The translations under genes and the position numbers were made by a program. From Phoronis australis (Eukaryota; Animalia; Phoronida), in contig NMRA01000084.1 in assembly GCA_002633005.1 (NCBI GenBank), forward strand, positions 837,267-901,266: DNA of 64,000 bases. Direction: 5' to 3'. The notes under the pieces were generated by a model that saw only the letters and a program-made list of their open reading frames with translations, searched no databases and was not told the DNA's origin. Positions 63,758 through 64,000 of the stretch are shown one piece after another (the stretch's first letter is position 1; every line of letters begins with the position of its first letter).

Positions 63758-64000
63758 AAACGCTGTTGCTCTGTGGAATATCTCTGTCAAGTGCAAAATT
63801 GACACATTGCTGGAAAAAGCGCTTACAATTGGCTTTTGGCAATGTTTATGCATTGCGAGCTACAGCGTTCATTCGCAGTCAGAGAATTGTGCTGAGTTAT
63901 GCAAAGTTTCGGTTCCCTAGCTCAAGTGGAAAAAATATTAATTAGTAAAAGTTTGTGGCCTGCTTGGAGAGAATCACTCTGTTGTTCATCCATACTCTAG

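Noticed and set aside
63477-63945. 150-aa and 121-aa ORFs at the window end
   Set aside because: They run through the poly-A, microsatellite and hairpins of a HINE-like repeat

Overview
AT-rich animal (invertebrate-like) genomic DNA with spliceosomal introns. There are no prokaryotic features, rRNA, tRNA or CRISPR. (1) 1-~21,000 (+) is the 3' part of a highly modular chitin-binding/mucin-like gene. It has 22 symmetric phase-1 exons of three types (7 intact 8-Cys CBM14/peritrophin-A-like domain exons, 15 Ser/Gly/Thr linker exons), plus dead exons and several transposon insertions. (2) ~22,200-23,700 (-) is an intronless, decayed relic of a multi-module nonribosomal peptide synthetase: epimerization domain end, condensation domain with an intact HHxxxDG motif, then a probable thioesterase C-terminus. 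This is the most unexpected element in the window. (3) 26,437-44,258 (-) is a complete 7-exon SH3BP5-family (Rab11 GEF) gene, about 650 aa. (4) The rest is intron/intergenic DNA rich in non-autonomous DNA transposons (ISL2EU-, hAT-, Academ-, Tc1/mariner-, Kolobok- and Helentron-like), a solo LTR, minisatellites and a repeat array carrying CTCF-like motifs. All family calls come from manual motif reading; no database searches were run.
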